From assembly GCA_003353945.1 (NCBI GenBank), contig PIVM01000017.1, positions 430-64,429 of the forward strand: a DNA stretch of 64,000 bases. The letters are read 5' to 3'. Both the position numbers and the translations under genes were made by a program. The DNA is from Gammaproteobacteria bacterium. Lineage in GTDB: Bacteria; Pseudomonadota; Gammaproteobacteria; Pseudomonadales; PIVM01. Shown piece after piece: positions 51,515 through 62,773 of this stretch (positions within the stretch are counted from its first letter, which is position 1; every line of letters begins with the position of its first letter). Under the pieces are notes generated by a model. It worked only from the letters and a program-made list of their open reading frames with translations. It made no database searches and was not told the DNA's origin.

Positions 51515-52657
51515 ATGGCCTGGAATGAACCGGGTGGTAACGGTAAGCAAAAAGACCCCTGGGGGGGTGGTGGTGGCGATCAAGGGCCACCGGATCTGGA
51601 TGAGGCGATGCGCAAGCTGCAGGAAAAGCTTGGAGGCTTGTTTGGTGGAGGTGGCGGCGGAGGTGGTGCTGCGCTAAGTGGCGGTGCTTTTGCCTTGTTT
51701 TTTGTCGCCGTATTGGTGATCTGGGCGGCCTTTGGCGTATACAAAGTGGATGAGCAGGAGCGCGCCGTGATCCTGCGTTTTGGCGAATATCTCGAAACCA
51801 AATCGCCAGGATTGCACTGGAATCCACCTGTCATTGATGATCGCACCAAGATTAATGTGACGAAAGTACGTTCGGTTACACACCAGGCGTTAATGCTGAC
51901 TGAAGATGATAATATCGTCGACATTACCTTGTCGGTGCAGTATACCGTTGCAAATCCAAAGGATTTTCTATTAGAAGTTAGAGAGCCAGAGCGCAGCTTA
52001 TCCCATGCGATGGAAAGTGCCTTACGTCACGTGGTGGGTGGTTCTGAAATGCATCAGGTGCTGACGGAAGGGCGTGAACAAATTGCCATCGAAGTGCAGC
52101 AACGTTTGCAAGAATATCTGAATCGATATCAGACAGGCATTGAAGTGACGTTGGTGAATATTGAAGATGCGCAGCCGCCCGATGCGGTGCAGGCCGCTTT
52201 TGACGATGTCATCAAGGCGAAAGAGGATGAAGAGCGCGTGAAAAATGTAGCGGAATCCTACCGAAATGGCATTGTCCCTGAATCCCGAGGCCAGGCTCAG
52301 CGGCAGCGGGAAGAAGCTAACGGCTATAAAGAGCAGGTGATTGCCAGAGCTGAGGGTGATGCCTCAAGGTTCGAGCAGTTGCTGGTAGAATATAATAAGG
52401 CGCCTGAAGTGACCCGTCTACGTTTGTATATTGATGCTATGCAATCGGTCATGAGTCGTAGTTCCAAGATTATGATGGATGTAGAAGGCAGTAATAATTT
52501 GCTTTACCTGCCTTTGGACAAGATGATGCAAGCAGGGGCTCTGATGCCCAAGCTTGATTCGCCTGATTTGTCGGAGGGCGATGTGCGACAATTGACCGAT
52601 CAGGTTGTGAAACAGTTACGCCGTGACAATCAGGGCCGGCGCAGAGAGGGGCGTTAA
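51515..52657 (+). CDS. hflK: FtsH protease modulator HflK
   Basis: N-terminus MAWNEPGGNGKQKDPWGG followed by a Gly-rich stretch, a transmembrane segment and an SPFH/band-7 domain. Confidence 0.93.
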   Translation: MAWNEPGGNGKQKDPWGGGGGDQGPPDLDEAMRKLQEKLGGLFGGGGGGGGAALSGGAFALFFVAVLVIWAAFGVYKVDEQERAVILRFGEYLETKSPGLHWNPPVIDDRTKINVTKVRSVTHQALMLTEDDNIVDITLSVQYTVANPKDFLLEVREPERSLSHAMESALRHVVGGSEMHQVLTEGREQIAIEVQQRLQEYLNRYQTGIEVTLVNIEDAQPPDAVQAAFDDVIKAKEDEERVKNVAESYRNGIVPESRGQAQRQREEANGYKEQVIARAEGDASRFEQLLVEYNKAPEVTRLRLYIDAMQSVMSRSSKIMMDVEGSNNLLYLPLDKMMQAGALMPKLDSPDLSEGDVRQLTDQVVKQLRRDNQGRRREGR

Positions 52658-52659
52658 CA

Positions 52660-53535
52660 ATGAGTGCAAAGAGTCTCATCAGTTTGATTGGATTAATGTT
52701 GCTCGCCTTTCTGGCGCTCAACAGCCTATTTATCGTTAAGGAAACTGAGCGTGCTGTGCTGCTTGAGTTCGGCAAAGTTGTGCGACTTGATATTCAGCCG
52801 GGTTTACATTGGAAAATTCCCTTTGTGAATTCCGTGCGCAAGTTTGATGCTCGCATACTCACGGTTGATGCGCGCCCTGAGCGTTACCTGACCCTGGAGA
52901 AGAAAGCCTTGATGGTTGATTCCTTTGCCAAGTGGCGGGTTAAGGATGTTAAAACCTATTACACGGCGACCAATGGAGAGGAGGTTCGAGCTTATGCACT
53001 GCTTTCGCAGCGTATCAACACAGGGCTGCGTAATGAGTTCGGTTCGCGCACAATGCATGAGGTTGTTTCTGGTGAGCGTGATCAGTTAATGCAGGATTTG
53101 ACCAATAACCTCAATAAGGTGGCTAATGACGAGCTGGGTATAGAGGTTGTCGATGTTCGGGTTAAGCGTATTGACTTGCCGACTGAAGTCAGTCATTCAG
53201 TCTATGAGCGGATGAATACCGAGCGTGAACGCGAGGCTCGCGAGCATCGTTCACAAGGTAAGGAGCTGGCAGAGGGGATTAAGGCTTCTGCTGATCGTGA
53301 GCAAATCATTATTCAGTCTGATGCTTATCGTGATGCTGAGCGAATTCGCGGTGAAGGTGATGCAGCGGCGGCAGCAACGTATGCCAATGCCTACAATAAA
53401 TCGCCGGAATTTTATGCTTTCCTGCGCAGTCTGAAAGCCTATGAAGACAGTTTCAAGGACAAGTCAGATGTGCTGGTGATTGATCCAAAAAGTGAGTTTT
53501 TCCAGTATATGAACAATTCCAAGGGTAAGAAGTAG
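52660..53535 (+). CDS. hflC: FtsH protease modulator HflC
   Basis: 291 aa with an N-terminal transmembrane segment and an SPFH domain (GLHWKIPFV...). It starts 2 nt after the hflK stop. Confidence 0.93.
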   Translation: MSAKSLISLIGLMLLAFLALNSLFIVKETERAVLLEFGKVVRLDIQPGLHWKIPFVNSVRKFDARILTVDARPERYLTLEKKALMVDSFAKWRVKDVKTYYTATNGEEVRAYALLSQRINTGLRNEFGSRTMHEVVSGERDQLMQDLTNNLNKVANDELGIEVVDVRVKRIDLPTEVSHSVYERMNTEREREAREHRSQGKELAEGIKASADREQIIIQSDAYRDAERIRGEGDAAAAATYANAYNKSPEFYAFLRSLKAYEDSFKDKSDVLVIDPKSEFFQYMNNSKGKK

Positions 53536-53575
53536 ATTGGAGACATTGGCTCCGTTGTAATTGTGATATCATATC

Positions 53576-53602
53576 AAAACCGGGTGTGCCCCGGTTTTTT
53601 TT
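53576..53602 (+). terminator. Rho-independent terminator after hflC
   Basis: aaaaccggg (53576-53584) pairs with cccggtttt (53590-53598) around a 5-nt loop. The stem runs into a T8 tract (53595-53602). Confidence 0.85.
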
Positions 53603-53666
53603 GGTTAATTGCTCTTGTTAATGCACAGTTTAGTTTTGTTTTCGAGTACCTTTAGGTGGACTGTCC

Positions 53667-53852
53667 ATGTGGCATGATTTGTGGGTTGCGCTCTGTCTTG
53701 TGCTGGTGATAGAAGGCATATTACCTTTTATAAGTCCCCGATCATGGCGTGAAGCCGCACAGCTAATGGCGCAGTTTGATGATCGCTCGCTACGCCTGGC
53801 AGGACTATTCAGTATGTTGGTTGGTATTCTGATTCTATACTTGGTTAATTAA
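53667..53852 (+). CDS. DUF2065 family small membrane protein
   Basis: 61 aa with two hydrophobic segments (LWVALCLVLVIEGILPF..., GLFSMLVGILILYLV). It sits in the conserved slot between hflC and hisZ. Confidence 0.75.
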   Translation: MWHDLWVALCLVLVIEGILPFISPRSWREAAQLMAQFDDRSLRLAGLFSMLVGILILYLVN

Positions 53853-53945
53853 ATTCTCACCGGAGATGTGTAGAAAAATGTTGAGCTTGAACTTGTTTCG
53901 GCTTATACCGTATTCGATGGTGTCGTAATGGCTGCTGGTGTTGTT

Positions 53946-55133
53946 ATGGACATAGTGGATCGCTGGCTGCTGCCTGATGGTGTGGACGAGATTTTACCGG
54001 AACAGGCGCGACGTATTGAACAACTGCGCCGTCGATTGCTTGATCTTTACGATAGCTGGGGCTATGAGTTGGTCATCCCGCCATTGATGGAGTTCAGCGA
54101 GTCGCTGTTGATCGGTATGGGCAGCGACATGGAATTGCAAACCTTCAAGATGGTGGATCAGCTCAGTGGTCGGACCTTGGCTATTCGCGCTGATATCACA
54201 CCGCAAACAGCCAGAATGGATGCACACAGCCTGCGCCGTGAAGGGCCAACGCGTTTATGTTACTCGGGCACTGTTCTGCATACCCTGCCAAAGACGCTGA
54301 TGGCTTCACGGGCACCAATAGAAGTCGGTGCTGAGTTGTATGGCGATAGCAGCATTGCCAGTGATGGTGAAGTGATTTTACTTATGCTGGAAACACTCAA
54401 GCATGCGGGTGCCGAGCGTATACACTTGGATTTGGGGCATGTCAGGATTTACCGGGAGTTGATTCAGCTTGCTGGATTGGGAGCTGCAGAGGAAAATCGA
54501 CTTTTTGATGCGCTGCAACGTAAGGCAGTTGCGGAAGTTGATGAGTTGCTGGCACAGACTGTTGAAGATGCAAAAGTGGCCGATATGCTGCGGCAATTAA
54601 CACGACTGAATGGAGATGAATCGGTCATTGATCAATCGCGTCGCGTTTTGGCTGCTGCACCGGTTGGTGTGGCCAATGCAATTGATGAGTTGGCGCAGGT
54701 GGCTGAGCATATTTCCCGTCGCCAACCCGAGATAGAGTTGTATTTTGATCTCAGTGAGTTGCGCGGGTATCACTATCACACGGGTTTGGTATTTGCCGCG
54801 TTGACCCCTGGATTTGGGCAAGCGGTCGCTAACGGTGGTCGTTATGATAATGTGGGTAAGGTATTTGGTAGAGGTAGACCGGCAACTGGATTCAGTGCCG
54901 ATCTGAAAGCGCTAAGTGGCTTGATGAGGGCGTCTGCAGGTTCTGAGCGCGATAGCATTTTTGCCGCGCTGAAGGATGAGGCTGGATTTTGGGAAAAAGT
55001 GCAGGCGCTAAGAGCCCAGGGAGAACGGGTAGTATGTGGTTTGGGTGAGCAGGAAAGTGGTACCGGTTGTGATCGAGTATTGATTAAGGAAAATGATCAG
55101 TGGTTGGTTAAGCCTGCAACAAGCCAGTTATGA
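53946..55133 (+). CDS. hisZ: ATP phosphoribosyltransferase regulatory subunit (HisRS paralogue)
   Basis: MDIVDRWLLPDGVDEILP..., a class II aaRS-like core without an anticodon-binding domain, located next to purA. The ORF track starts 6 codons earlier, at 53928. Confidence 0.85.
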   Translation: MDIVDRWLLPDGVDEILPEQARRIEQLRRRLLDLYDSWGYELVIPPLMEFSESLLIGMGSDMELQTFKMVDQLSGRTLAIRADITPQTARMDAHSLRREGPTRLCYSGTVLHTLPKTLMASRAPIEVGAELYGDSSIASDGEVILLMLETLKHAGAERIHLDLGHVRIYRELIQLAGLGAAEENRLFDALQRKAVAEVDELLAQTVEDAKVADMLRQLTRLNGDESVIDQSRRVLAAAPVGVANAIDELAQVAEHISRRQPEIELYFDLSELRGYHYHTGLVFAALTPGFGQAVANGGRYDNVGKVFGRGRPATGFSADLKALSGLMRASAGSERDSIFAALKDEAGFWEKVQALRAQGERVVCGLGEQESGTGCDRVLIKENDQWLVKPATSQL

Positions 55134-55146
55134 GATAGAATTCTGA

Positions 55147-56454
<1,308 letters not shown>

Positions 56455-56562
56455 ATTTGGCTTTGAATTAACTTTGAATCGACGCAAGCCCCATCCGGAT
56501 GTTGTTCTCGGTGGGGCTGTCTGTAAGAGACTTTAGGATATACGTATTGTCAAAACACGCTG

Positions 56563-56895
56563 TCAAACCGGTGAGCTGCCAAGTTGGTTTAACATGACTC
56601 TTCGGCTTTGAATCATTTCTTTGTAGGTTTGAACCATAGAAAAGTCCATTTTCCCTTCATCAATATCCAGCTGCTGGCGTTGCTTGTCCAGCTCCAGCAT
56701 CTCTTTTACCAGCTTCTCTTTGAGTGCATTGGTGCTGTGTACATTCATACTGGCAAATGCCTGACTTTTGCGGGAACGGTCTCGGTAGCGGCTGCGCAAT
56801 TTATTTGGAGTTTCCAGCATCGGTTGTTTTCCTGTAAGTGCTATCATTATCATTGTTTGCTTAAGGATAGACCGTATTAAGGAAAATTGCCTCAT
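56563..56895 (-). CDS. Hypothetical protein (basic N-terminus, coiled-coil-like C-terminus)
   Basis: 110-aa ORF with KLRSRYRDRSRKSQ... and LKEKLVKEMLELDKQRQQLDIDEGK. Its composition looks more protein-like than the 90-aa ORF on the opposite strand. I recognise no family, and the true start may be an internal Met. Confidence 0.4.
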   Translation of the reverse strand: MRQFSLIRSILKQTMIMIALTGKQPMLETPNKLRSRYRDRSRKSQAFASMNVHSTNALKEKLVKEMLELDKQRQQLDIDEGKMDFSMVQTYKEMIQSRRVMLNQLGSSPV

Positions 56896-57310
56896 ATCAA
56901 TATGTTATTTGCATATTATTATTTTTGGTGCCATATACGACAATATTCTGGCGGTATTAATCAGGCGCCGCGCCGCAATGTTGGTTGAAAGGGAGCGTCG
57001 TCGCATCATTGTGTCAAAAATATGGGTCGATTTATAACAGATTTGAATTTATAGGGCGGTGCTTCGTTGTGTTTTGATCTAAAACACCATCAAAAAGCTT
57101 GTCAAATAGGCTTGAAATGTTTTTTTAGTGATCAGAATTACGTGGCGTGGAGAGTACATGAAGAGCACGAGAGTCTTTCTTGACTGATCGTTCCTGTTAA
57201 GCAGTGCTTGATGCTGCTCATGAGGGAAAATGTCTAGGCAGCTTTAATGTGGAAAATTAGAACGATAAGTAGTCTGAATGCGAGCGAGGAAATTAGGTCG
57301 AGAAATTAAG

Positions 57311-57982
57311 ATGATTGATTGGAAGAATGTTGATACCGTCCTGCTTGATATGGATGGCACGTTACTGGATCTTCACTACGACAATTATTTCTGGTTGCAG
57401 CATCTGCCAAAACGTTATGCGGCGATGCACAATCTTGGGGAAGACGAAGCGCGTACGAAGCTTATTGCCATGTTTGAAGCCGCTCGTGGTACCTTGAACT
57501 GGTATTGCGTTGACTTCTGGTCAGATTCTTTAAACCTGGATATTGCCGCACTCAAAAAGGAAATAAAACACTTGATTGCCATTAGGCCTCATGCAGAGAG
57601 GTTTTTGCGCAGTTTGCATCAAAGTTATCGTGAGGTGCTATTGGTTACCAATGCACACCCCAAAAGTCTCAATTTGAAGTTGGATGAAACGGGGATAGGT
57701 GGTTTTTTTGATGAAATCATTTGTTCCCATGAATTTCAGTACCCCAAGGAAGATCAGGCGTTCTGGCGCAGTTTGCAGCGCAAACACTCTTTTGATCCAA
57801 CACGTACATTATTTATCGATGATTCTGAAGCAGTGCTTTCTTCTGCAAAACAATATGGTGTGCGGTATTTATTGACGCTGATGCAACCGGACAGTCAGTT
57901 GGCTCCAAGAGAGCTTGGTGAGCATCCGGGTTTTCATCATTTTGATGAGATAATGCCGATCTCTCTGCTCAGGGGTGAGTGA
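57311..57982 (+). CDS. yrfG: HAD-superfamily nucleotidase (YrfG-like GMP/IMP phosphatase)
   Basis: From the ATG at 57311: MIDWKNVDTVLLDMDGTLLDLHYDNYFW (HAD motif I), then VTNAHP (motif II) and FIDDS (motif III). It is followed by hslR, as in E. coli. Confidence 0.8.
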   Translation: MIDWKNVDTVLLDMDGTLLDLHYDNYFWLQHLPKRYAAMHNLGEDEARTKLIAMFEAARGTLNWYCVDFWSDSLNLDIAALKKEIKHLIAIRPHAERFLRSLHQSYREVLLVTNAHPKSLNLKLDETGIGGFFDEIICSHEFQYPKEDQAFWRSLQRKHSFDPTRTLFIDDSEAVLSSAKQYGVRYLLTLMQPDSQLAPRELGEHPGFHHFDEIMPISLLRGE

Positions 57983-58410
57983 TGGCAAGAAAACCAACTG
58001 AAAAAAAACTGGCCGAGTTGACTGAGAAAAAAGTGCGGCTGGATAAATGGCTGTGGGCTGCGCGTTTTTTTAAAACGCGCAGCTTGGCAAAACAAGCCAT
58101 TGAGGGAGGCAAGGTGCGTTTTGAAGGCGCTAGAACCAAAGTGAGTAAAGAGGTTGTGGTCGGTGTGACATTGCAGGTTCGTCAGGGTTGGGATGAAAAG
58201 ACGATTATTGTCAGGGCGTTATCGGATCAGCGCCGTGGCGCGCCACAGGCGGCCTTATTGTATGAGGAGACGCTCGATAGCATTGCAAAACGTGAGGAGA
58301 ATGTAAAGCAGAGGCGCGCCCAGAGCGCAGCACAATCCTTGCAAACGGCTCGTCCCACCAAAAAAGGGCGCAGACAGATTCAGCGATTCAAGCAGCAAGA
58401 CACAGAGTAG
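57982..58410 (+). CDS. hslR: Ribosome-associated heat shock protein Hsp15 (S4 RNA-binding domain)
   Basis: S4 domain VRLDKWLWAARFFKTRSLAKQAIEGGKV and a basic C-terminal tail. The ATG overlaps the yrfG stop (TGATG); a GTG at 57979 is also possible. Confidence 0.88.
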   Translation: MARKPTEKKLAELTEKKVRLDKWLWAARFFKTRSLAKQAIEGGKVRFEGARTKVSKEVVVGVTLQVRQGWDEKTIIVRALSDQRRGAPQAALLYEETLDSIAKREENVKQRRAQSAAQSLQTARPTKKGRRQIQRFKQQDTE

Positions 58411-58816
58411 TGAGCATTCATCAGCTGATCTGTTTTTATCGCCCAGTCGCTGGGAACGGAAGATGTGACTGGTTTGGAATCACTTAACAAATCATTTGGA
58501 GACGATAAGTTTACTGCCTCTGATGCCAAACTATCGGCGGGTCCTAAGGCCAAGTTGGGATATCAACAAAGGTGTGTTTTTTTGAACAATTCTTTGATCT
58601 GTTTTGTTCTGTGATATAGTTTTCCGCCGAGAACTTTCGTAATATGCCGCTTCGCAAGAAACGCGACTGAGGTGGCCGGGGTTTGAATGTAGAGCAGGCC
58701 TGTCGGCTTGGTCAATGGCTTGCTTGCCATCGTAAGAAACACAGAAGATTAAACCTACGTTAGGCGGTTCGTTTAAAAACGTTGTCGTTGCTTAACTGGA
58801 TAGGAAGGAAGAGTTT

Positions 58817-59566
58817 ATGAACAGCAGCACCTCTGCCATGATAGAACGCCGACGCCAGAATGCGTTCGCTTCTATTTGGCGTGAAGATCTCGATACAGTC
58901 TTTGTCGATGTAGCAGAATACTATGATAAAGCGAATACCTACGCCAGTTTAGGACTGTTGCCAAAATGGCAGCGTCGTTTTATCGATGGAATGATTCTCA
59001 AGCCCGGAGACAAAGTGCTGGATGTCTGCGCAGGACAAAATATCGTGGGGATTGCGATGCTGAAAAAGCAACCCGGTCTTGACATTCATGCAGCGGATCA
59101 AAGCGTCTCTATGCAGGAAGAGGGCAAAAAAGTCGCTGAGAGCGAAGGATATAGCATAGACAGCCATATCTGCGATGTTCATGAATTACCGTTTCCAGAT
59201 AACTCCTTCGATGTAGTGACCTTGCAATACGCATCGCGCCATCTTCGTGTTGCTGATGCATTTGCTGAGATTAAGCGCGTGCTCAAGCCGGGTGGACGGT
59301 TTTACCATTGTGATATGCAGCGCCCCCCCAACACTTTGATAGAAAAAGCCTACCTCTTCTATCTGAAGTGGGCGTTGACCATGCTCGCCAAGTTCTTTAC
59401 AACCGGTTCACCGACCAAAGAAATTGAATATTTTCTCAATGCCATTCATCTGTTCTATTCGCACGAGGAATTGAGTGATTTGTTGTCGGAATTGGGTTTT
59501 ACCCAGGTGAAAGCCCAGCCCATTATGTTTGGCGCCGTTGCACTACACGAGGCGATGAAGCCCTAA
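58817..59566 (+). CDS. Class I SAM-dependent methyltransferase (UbiE/COQ5-like fold), substrate unknown
   Basis: 249 aa. Motif I-like VLDVCAGQN, an acidic post-I residue (HAADQS), and motif II/III-like FDVVTLQYASRHL...LKPGGRFY. Confidence 0.7.
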   Translation: MNSSTSAMIERRRQNAFASIWREDLDTVFVDVAEYYDKANTYASLGLLPKWQRRFIDGMILKPGDKVLDVCAGQNIVGIAMLKKQPGLDIHAADQSVSMQEEGKKVAESEGYSIDSHICDVHELPFPDNSFDVVTLQYASRHLRVADAFAEIKRVLKPGGRFYHCDMQRPPNTLIEKAYLFYLKWALTMLAKFFTTGSPTKEIEYFLNAIHLFYSHEELSDLLSELGFTQVKAQPIMFGAVALHEAMKP

Positions 59567-59634
59567 CTGATTTTTCCTTCCTTGTTACTGGCCCTGTGAG
59601 CAGCATTTCCCTAGTTGTTTGCAGGGCTTGTCCT

Positions 59635-62600
59635 TTAACCTGCAAATGAACGCATCAATCTTCCCAATGCCGGCCATCGCAAGGCCAGCCAGTGTTTGAA
59701 ATTTTCTCCCTGCAAATACAAGATGGGCACTAATATGAGGGTGACCGGTGTCGCCAGCAGGACGCCGAATGCCAATGAAATGACCATGGGTATTAGAAAC
59801 TGTGCCTGTAAGCTGGTTTCTGACATGATTGGCAGCAGGCCAATAAAAGTGGTCAGTGAGGTGAGGATGATGGGGCGGAAACGATCCAGGCCTGCTTTAA
59901 GCAATGCCTGAATAATCTCTAAACCTTCGTCTCGCAACTGGTTGATTCGATCAATCAATACCAGATTGTCGTTCACAACAACACCCGCGCAGGCAAGGAC
60001 ACCCAGCAGTGAAAAAATGCTGACTTCCCTGCCCATAATGAGATGGCCCAGTATAGCGCCCATAAAACCGAAGGGTATAGCCGTGAGTATAATGACGGGT
60101 TGCCAATAGGATCTAAACGCGATGGCAAACAGGCAATAAATCACCAGAAGCGCAACCATAATACCGTCACCAAATCCGGTCATAAATTTGCTGCGTTCAA
60201 GTTGGTCCCCTTCAAGCTTGATGTTAAGGCCAGGGTATGATTGTTGCCAGCGAGGAGCGTGTTGCACCATGATCTCGTCTGCAATGGAAGTCGTATCGGT
60301 GCTACCGCCGCTTACATTGGCACTGACAGTGATGATGCGCTGTCTATCTATGCGTTCGATTTTTCGATAACTCGGGACGTAATGAACGTCGGCCACCGTA
60401 TCAAACGGGACTTCTTCACCGCTGGGTGTGCGTACGCGCATATAATGTAAATGATCCAGTGACTCGCGCTCTGATTGAGGGTAGCGGACCATGACTTTGA
60501 TGTCTTCGCGATCGCGTGGAACTCGCTGTACTTCTGAGCCGTAAAAGCCCTGGCGTACCTGTTTTGCCAGCCCCGCCAGACTGATATCCAGGGTTTGCGC
60601 CATGGGTTTTAGGCGAATTTCCATTTCAGGGCGCTGACTATGCATGGAGTCAATGACGTCGTACACGCCGGGATACCGTTTGAGCAATCCTTGAAGTTCT
60701 GAACTCACCTGCATCAGAGCTGCATTGTCGGGGCCCGCGATCACAAATTCCATTGCCTTGGAGCGTCGATTGATGGTGTATGCCAGCGAAAAATCTTCGA
60801 TATTATGTAATTCTCCTATCAATTCGCGCCATTCATCGGTGAGCTTCTCTGCTGATATTTGTGCCCGATGATCCCTGTTGATTTCAATACGCGATTTGAC
60901 ATTATTGGCATTGGCTTGAAGCTGGATATTGCTGATATAGGATTGGGATTCGCCGGTTTCATCCTGGAAACGGTTTTTTTCCTGAAGTGTCAGAGCCGCC
61001 GATTCCAGTTGCTGCATCACAGCTTTACTGTCAGAAAATGGTCCTCCCTCATTGAGTGTGACAGATGCAGTGAGATAATCGGAAGTGACGCTAGGCATAA
61101 AACTGAACCGCATCCAGCCGCCGGTAAAAATGGTCAAAATAATCATCAGTGCGCTCAGAAATACAGCGATGCTAAGCCAGCGCCAGCTCAGGCATTTTTT
61201 TAAAAAAGGCTGATAATAATGGGTGGCAACATGCCAAAGTCCATCGCTGATGCGCCGACGTGATTTTTCCAGAACAGCCATAGCGCCAGTGGGGTTTTGT
61301 TTTAGTGGTGGCATATGAGAAAGGTGCGAGGGCAGAATCAGCAGGGATTCCACTAGAGAAAATCCCAGTGTCAGCACGACAACGGTAGGTATAGACATGG
61401 CCGCGTGAGCGCTGTCGCCAGGCAGAAAAAACATTGAGATAAACAGAATCATCGTGCTGATCACGGCGAACAGAACGGGCTTGGTCACGCGTTGTGCACC
61501 GATGCTAGCGCTTTGTCTGTCTGCCGCGCCAAGTTGTTGTTCAGAATAGATGCGCTCACCAACGATAATGGCGTCATCGACCACAATCCCCAGTATCAAT
61601 AAAAAAGCGAACAATGAGATCATATTCAGGCTGACCGGCGTCAGCGGCAGTAACCAAAGAGCACCGAGAAATGCCACGGCAATGCCCACGCAAACCCACA
61701 TTGCCAGCAAGGGGCGTAAAAACAGCATGAGCACGATAAAGACCAGAATCAGACCGCCAATACCGTTTTTTACCAACGTCTCTATGCGTCCGCGAAACGA
61801 ATAAGAACTGTCCCGCCACATTGTTAATTCCACGCCTGGAGGCAAGCTTTGTACGCTATCTTTCACATACTGCTGCACAGAATCGCTAGTTTTTAACACA
61901 TCGGGTTTACTGCTGACTTGTATATCGAAGAAGACAGCCGGCTTGCCGTTAAATCGTGAAATTGAATCCTGTTCAGCGAAACCGTCAATAATCGTGGCGA
62001 TCTCACCCAATAGAATGCGGGTACCATCCACTTTGTGTAATAAAACAATGTTCTCAAAATCTGCCGCATTGTAAGACTGCCCGCGTGTTTGCAGCTGAAT
62101 GTCGCCAATATCCGCTTGAATGCTGCCGGCAGGCAAATTGAGTGAGGAGTCGCGAATAGCGTCAACAACCTGTTGGAGCTGCAAACCGTAGCGACGCAAA
62201 CTGTTTTCCGATACTTCGATTGATATTTCGTAGGGCCGAGTCGCAGTAAGATCGACAACAGATACATGTGGCAGCGCTGATAGCTCGTCACGCACTTTTT
62301 CGGCATAGCGTTTTAAGGTGATTTCCGGCACATCGCCCGCCAGGGCCAGGCTGAGCATGCGGTGGCGCCATAGTAATTCCTTCACCTGGGGGCGTTCCGC
62401 CTGATCAGGCAGTGTGGTCAATGCATCAACCCGTGTCTTGATATCGTTTAACAGTCGTTGACTGTCATAGCCGGTTTCTACTTCAAGCAGTGTGCGACCG
62501 ATGCCCTCTTGTGCAGTGGAAATCATTTTTTCGATGCCATCAAGATCGTGAATGGCCTCTTCCAAGCGGATACAAATTTGCTCCTCTACCTCCTTGGGGC

Positions 62601-62766
62601 CGGCTCCGAGGTAGGGAACGGCGATTTCGATGATATTGCTGGGTGATTGAGGGAAAAATTCCTTATTGATATCAGGAATGCTGCTTAATCCGTTAATGAT
62701 GATCAGCAGCATCAACAGATTGGCAGCAATTGGGTTGTAAACGAACCAGTGAATAATGGCTTTCAT
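59635..62766 (-). CDS. RND efflux transporter, inner-membrane permease (AcrB/AcrD/AcrF family)
   Basis: 1043 aa with the 12-TM RND architecture and two large periplasmic loops. The N-terminus (IHWFVYNPIAANLLMLLII) and the repeated half-transporter pattern are typical. Confidence 0.9.
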   Translation of the reverse strand: MKAIIHWFVYNPIAANLLMLLIIINGLSSIPDINKEFFPQSPSNIIEIAVPYLGAGPKEVEEQICIRLEEAIHDLDGIEKMISTAQEGIGRTLLEVETGYDSQRLLNDIKTRVDALTTLPDQAERPQVKELLWRHRMLSLALAGDVPEITLKRYAEKVRDELSALPHVSVVDLTATRPYEISIEVSENSLRRYGLQLQQVVDAIRDSSLNLPAGSIQADIGDIQLQTRGQSYNAADFENIVLLHKVDGTRILLGEIATIIDGFAEQDSISRFNGKPAVFFDIQVSSKPDVLKTSDSVQQYVKDSVQSLPPGVELTMWRDSSYSFRGRIETLVKNGIGGLILVFIVLMLFLRPLLAMWVCVGIAVAFLGALWLLPLTPVSLNMISLFAFLLILGIVVDDAIIVGERIYSEQQLGAADRQSASIGAQRVTKPVLFAVISTMILFISMFFLPGDSAHAAMSIPTVVVLTLGFSLVESLLILPSHLSHMPPLKQNPTGAMAVLEKSRRRISDGLWHVATHYYQPFLKKCLSWRWLSIAVFLSALMIILTIFTGGWMRFSFMPSVTSDYLTASVTLNEGGPFSDSKAVMQQLESAALTLQEKNRFQDETGESQSYISNIQLQANANNVKSRIEINRDHRAQISAEKLTDEWRELIGELHNIEDFSLAYTINRRSKAMEFVIAGPDNAALMQVSSELQGLLKRYPGVYDVIDSMHSQRPEMEIRLKPMAQTLDISLAGLAKQVRQGFYGSEVQRVPRDREDIKVMVRYPQSERESLDHLHYMRVRTPSGEEVPFDTVADVHYVPSYRKIERIDRQRIITVSANVSGGSTDTTSIADEIMVQHAPRWQQSYPGLNIKLEGDQLERSKFMTGFGDGIMVALLVIYCLFAIAFRSYWQPVIILTAIPFGFMGAILGHLIMGREVSIFSLLGVLACAGVVVNDNLVLIDRINQLRDEGLEIIQALLKAGLDRFRPIILTSLTTFIGLLPIMSETSLQAQFLIPMVISLAFGVLLATPVTLILVPILYLQGENFKHWLALRWPALGRLMRSFAG

Positions 62767-62773
62767 GGTGTTT

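Noticed and set aside
51510-51924. Antisense ORFs (105 and 114 aa) rich in Pro/Arg/His over the 5' end of hflK
   Set aside because: They are the reverse-frame product of the Gly-rich (GGN)n segment of HflK and are not independent genes.
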